64,000 nt of DNA from Acidobacteriota bacterium (GTDB lineage: Bacteria > Acidobacteriota > UBA890 > WLXD01): positions 1,312,001 to 1,376,000 of the forward strand of contig CAXWPL010000005.1 in assembly GCA_963666215.2 (NCBI GenBank), in the 5' to 3' direction. Positions 60,819 through 64,000 of the stretch are shown here, piece after piece (within the stretch, counting starts at the first letter, position 1; each line of letters begins with the position of its first letter). A program made the translations under genes and the position numbers. Below the pieces are notes generated by a model, which did not search any database, was not told the DNA's origin, and saw only the letters and a list, made by a program, of their open reading frames with translations.

Positions 60819-61619
60819 GGTATTGTCAACTTAGCGCTGTCGGAGCGAGTCTGTGCCGGTCGATAGCAGAGTCCGCGTTCAGCAGACGCACGTCACCTGC
60901 CGCCAGACGCCGAAGGAACGATCTCGCAGCGTGCGATGGTTGGGTGCGCTGACGAGGTGACGTCCAAGACGGAACAGGTTCAGGATGATCCCGTGAGCGG
61001 AGAGGAATCGCTGCGCCTGACGGGCAGATTTGAACCTTCGCATCTGTCGCTCTCGCTGCCGGGTCGGTTGGTGAGAGACCTCCGCGCGGTTGTTGGCGTA
61101 CTGCTTCGTGTCGTGCCTGACCGAAGGCATAGTGGTTCGGTGGGCTGCCCCGTAGCTCCTCAGCTTGTCGGTTACCAGCCGCAGTGGCTCGGCTCCCTGG
61201 CCCTTCAATAGCTTGCGGAAGAAGCGTTCTGCTGCACGCCGATCGCGGCGCAGCTGAACGAGAATGTCGATCACGTCGCCGTCCTGGTCCACAGCCCGCC
61301 ACAGATAGTGGCGCTCGCCTTGGATCTTCACGAAGAGCTCATCGAGGTGCCAGGTATCGCCCAGGCGACCTTGGCGCCGCTTGAGGAGGCGGGCGTACTC
61401 CGTGCCGAACTTGCGACTCCACTGACGAATGGTCTCGTAGGAGACGGTGATCCCGCGCGCTGCCAGGAGATCCTCCACATCTCGGAAGCTCAGGCAGAAG
61501 CGATAGTAGAGCCAGACGGCGTGGCTGATGATCTCGGACGGGTAGCGGTGGCCGCGGTAGCTGATGCAATGGTGTTCATGGGCAGAGTCTGGCAGCGACT
61601 CCCTCAACCTGACAGTGCC
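60819..61619 (-). mobile_element. IS6 family element (CDS about 60879-61579)
   Basis: IR ggtattgtcaactt / aacctgacagtgcc; IS6 motifs. Confidence 0.9.
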
Positions 61620-61620
61620 C

Positions 61621-62139
61621 TCAAGACACATTTTCATGTGGATTCGGCGGGGGGCCCTCATCGCTGGAGCGAGTGGCCGTAGCGTCCCTGACTCTGTTGG
61701 CGGACGAGTACTGAGGAGGCACAGCTGAAGTTGGGTAGTTCGGTGGATGATCGGTTGGCTCAGCGGGAAGGCTCGCGGACCTCTTCCTGTTGACGAAAAC
61801 CCTTGCGTAGATCGCCATGTTGATCGCGATCACCAGGAGTCCCAGCACTATCTGCAGGTTGCGGCTTAGCCCGTCGGGGTAGAGAACAGGCATCAGGTAG
61901 TGCTCCACGAAACCGCCTTCGTAGCCGCGCTCGCCGGCGGCCCGGCGCCAGCGATTCTCGAGGTGGGTGAGCGGGCAGATCCAGCCCTGAAACTCGATCA
62001 GTGCCCCCCAGACGGCGGCGGGGAGATGCAGCCAGACGTAGCGAGACCGGCGCAGCACCAGAAAGCCGCCGAGGACGACGAAGAGCACGAAGCAGAAGTG
62101 AAGAAGGACCGCCAGGTCGGCGAGAAGGGAGTAGATCAT
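61621..62139 (-). CDS. DUF2784 family membrane protein
   Basis: MIYSLLADLAVLLHF...WLHLPAAVWG...CPLTHLE...GGFVEHY. Confidence 0.8.
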   Translation of the reverse strand: MIYSLLADLAVLLHFCFVLFVVLGGFLVLRRSRYVWLHLPAAVWGALIEFQGWICPLTHLENRWRRAAGERGYEGGFVEHYLMPVLYPDGLSRNLQIVLGLLVIAINMAIYARVFVNRKRSASLPAEPTDHPPNYPTSAVPPQYSSANRVRDATATRSSDEGPPPNPHENVS

Positions 62140-62769
62140 CGGGCGCCCGAGCGGAGCTAGACTACCGCTAGCCTCCTCGATCACCTTGTCTGGATCGCTT
62201 CGGGAATGATCGTCTCTTCGCAAAGCCGCGATCGTGACAGCAGCAGTCTTGCGCTCCGCCGTCACCGAACCGGTTTGCAGTTTCTGGACTAGGCCAAGCC
62301 AGGATAGGACCGCTCGCAACGCCGAAGTTCACCACCAGGCTGGCGACGATGGCCAAGGGGAGGCCGCGTGAACTGTGGGCCGATTATTGGCACCCTACGG
62401 GATCGGGGCGGCCGTATTCACGGTCCTTGTGCCGGGCACTGTGACTATCTTTCTTCCTGTCTACCTCACGCGAGGCTCCGTCCCGGAGATCCGAGCCTTC
62501 GGGTCGCTAGAACTCTTCGCCGGAGCGATATCGCCCTTCGGCGCCGCTGGCCTACCTGAGGTGCCTCCGGGACTTTGTCCGACGGGGTCGGGACGCGGTT
62601 CTCTTCAACAAGGTACTCCAGCACTTCCTGCTGATGGCGGTTGATCCAGGCAGCGAGAGAGATCAGGAGCAGGTGGGCGGGGTGCGGGAGGCTCTCATCC
62701 CGAGATTCTAGCTGTCATCAAACACTGATCTGGCAGGTACTTCCGGCACGGCGAACTTTTCGGACAGGA

Positions 62770-63058
62770 CGAGTACGCCAACAATCGAGCGGAGGTCTCC
62801 CACCAGCCGACTCGGCAGCGGGAGCGTCAGATGCGAAGGTACAAATCGCCAGGCCAGGCCCGGCGCTTCCTGTCCGTTCACGGAGTCATCCAGAACCTGT
62901 TCCGGGTTGGGCGGCACCTCGGCAGCTCAGCCAACCACCGGACGCTGCGAGATCGCTCCTTCGGCGTCTGGCGTCGGGTGACGTGTGCCTGCTGAATCCG
63001 AGCTGGCACCTTCGACAGCGCCACATCTCACTTCGAACGAAGACAACTTGACCGTACC
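62770..63058 (+). mobile_element. IS6 family 3' remnant
   Basis: Near-identical to the 3' end of 32664-33468; IR aacttgaccgtacc. Confidence 0.8.
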
Positions 63059-63135
63059 CCTGGGCCTGACTCTAGACCCGAAAGGGTCTCTTAGTGCAAA
63101 CCCCAAAACTGTCCGACTTCTGCTGACGGGAAACA

Positions 63136-63435
63136 CTAGGTGATCTGGTCGACGATTTCCAAGTAGCGCTCGTAGGGCAGGGCTTCCCAAACCTCGACTT
63201 CGAGGGCTCCTTCGTGGCGTGAGATGTAGGCCACTTTGTGGGCGGCCTCGAAGTTCGAGGCCTGAAAGATGTCCATGAAGTCGTAGTGGCCGAGCAGGGC
63301 GTAGTGGTGTTGCCACTCGACATCCGGGGAGTATTTGGACACTTTCTCGAGCCACTCCTTGCCGACGGCGCGGCGGCCGCGGGGGTCTTCCATGAGTGCT
63401 GGGGAGAGTCGGGAGAGTAGAACGAAGGTCGCCAT
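63136..63435 (-). CDS. GYD domain protein
   Basis: MATFVLLSRL...YALLGHYDFMDIF; SD aaggag. Confidence 0.8.
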   Translation of the reverse strand: MATFVLLSRLSPALMEDPRGRRAVGKEWLEKVSKYSPDVEWQHHYALLGHYDFMDIFQASNFEAAHKVAYISRHEGALEVEVWEALPYERYLEIVDQIT

Positions 63436-63769
63436 GGTATTTCTCCTTTCGGGGCTCATGAGCACCCTCAGTCAAAGAGGGTGTAGCGCACCCGTGGGCA
63501 AAGCAACGTCCAGGACGCAACGGTCATGCCGAGCGGCTGCAGGATCCATTCTCCCTCTTTTCTGCACATCCTCTCATTGGCCGCTGTGAACGTCCCGTCC
63601 CCGCGGGGAGTGACAGAGCGGCCGACGCGGTTGAATCAATGGAAGAAGGCCTGGCTCTGCCCGCGCCCCCCGCAGGTACCTGTCCCTACCAGAGACCTCA
63701 TCCGCGCTGCCGTTAAGGGAGTCGCGCGCGTGGCTGGGCTCGGCATTCGAAGAGGTGCTCGTACCACCA

Positions 63770-64000
63770 CGATCTCTTTGGCAGAATACCTACGTTAAGC
63801 GCGTCATCGGCTCCATTCGCGAGAGTGTCTCGATTACGGGATCGTGCTGAACGAGGCCCATCTCCGCCGAGTCCCGCGTTTCTTTCCTCACCTACTACCA
63901 TCGCTCACGAACCCATATTTCCTAGACAAGGATGCTCCTGAGGCACGAGAGATTCAGTCTACGAGGATGGGACGTGTGGTGGAGTTGCCCCAGGTCGGTG
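63770..64000 (+). pseudogene. Integrase-core transposase remnant
   Basis: WQNTYVKRVIGSIR...ECLD...LNEAHLRR...RTHISLDKDAP, degraded. Confidence 0.7.

Noticed and set aside
62150-62700. Possible membrane-protein fragments
   Set aside because: Too short and degraded to assign

Overview
GC-rich bacterial accessory region. The DUF1552/DUF1592 pair and Hanks-type kinase suggest an Acidobacteriota/Planctomycetota-like host (inference). It is heavily invaded by insertion sequences: IS110/IS1111, two apparently identical four-gene IS21 copies, IS5, several IS6, IS91/IS3/IS30 remnants, a large serine recombinase element and an IS21-type MITE. Main blocks: (1) nested mobile elements at 3.9-21.9 kb, including an IS1111-type element whose bridge/seekRNA guide segments can be matched by eye to its own target and donor junction; (2) an IS6-flanked metal/haem cluster at 23-33.5 kb (Fe3+-type ABC transporter, beta-barrel, octahaem cytochrome, lipoproteins); (3) an unusual integrase island at about 33.7-45 kb with archaeal-looking BRE/TATA motifs, small Zn-finger paralogues, a tandem wHTH protein, a HerA-like ATPase fused to a PD-(D/E)XK-like domain, and a convergent VirD4/TrwB-like ATPase coupled to two divergent paralogues of unknown function; (4) a decaying NhaR-like stress island at 45.7-60.7 kb (USPs, secD, AI-2E, nhaA, extra rpoD) with four copies of one operator-like motif. 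Many single-base frameshifts may be sequencing indels. No CRISPR array, rRNA or intact tRNA was seen. All family calls come from motif recognition, not database searches.
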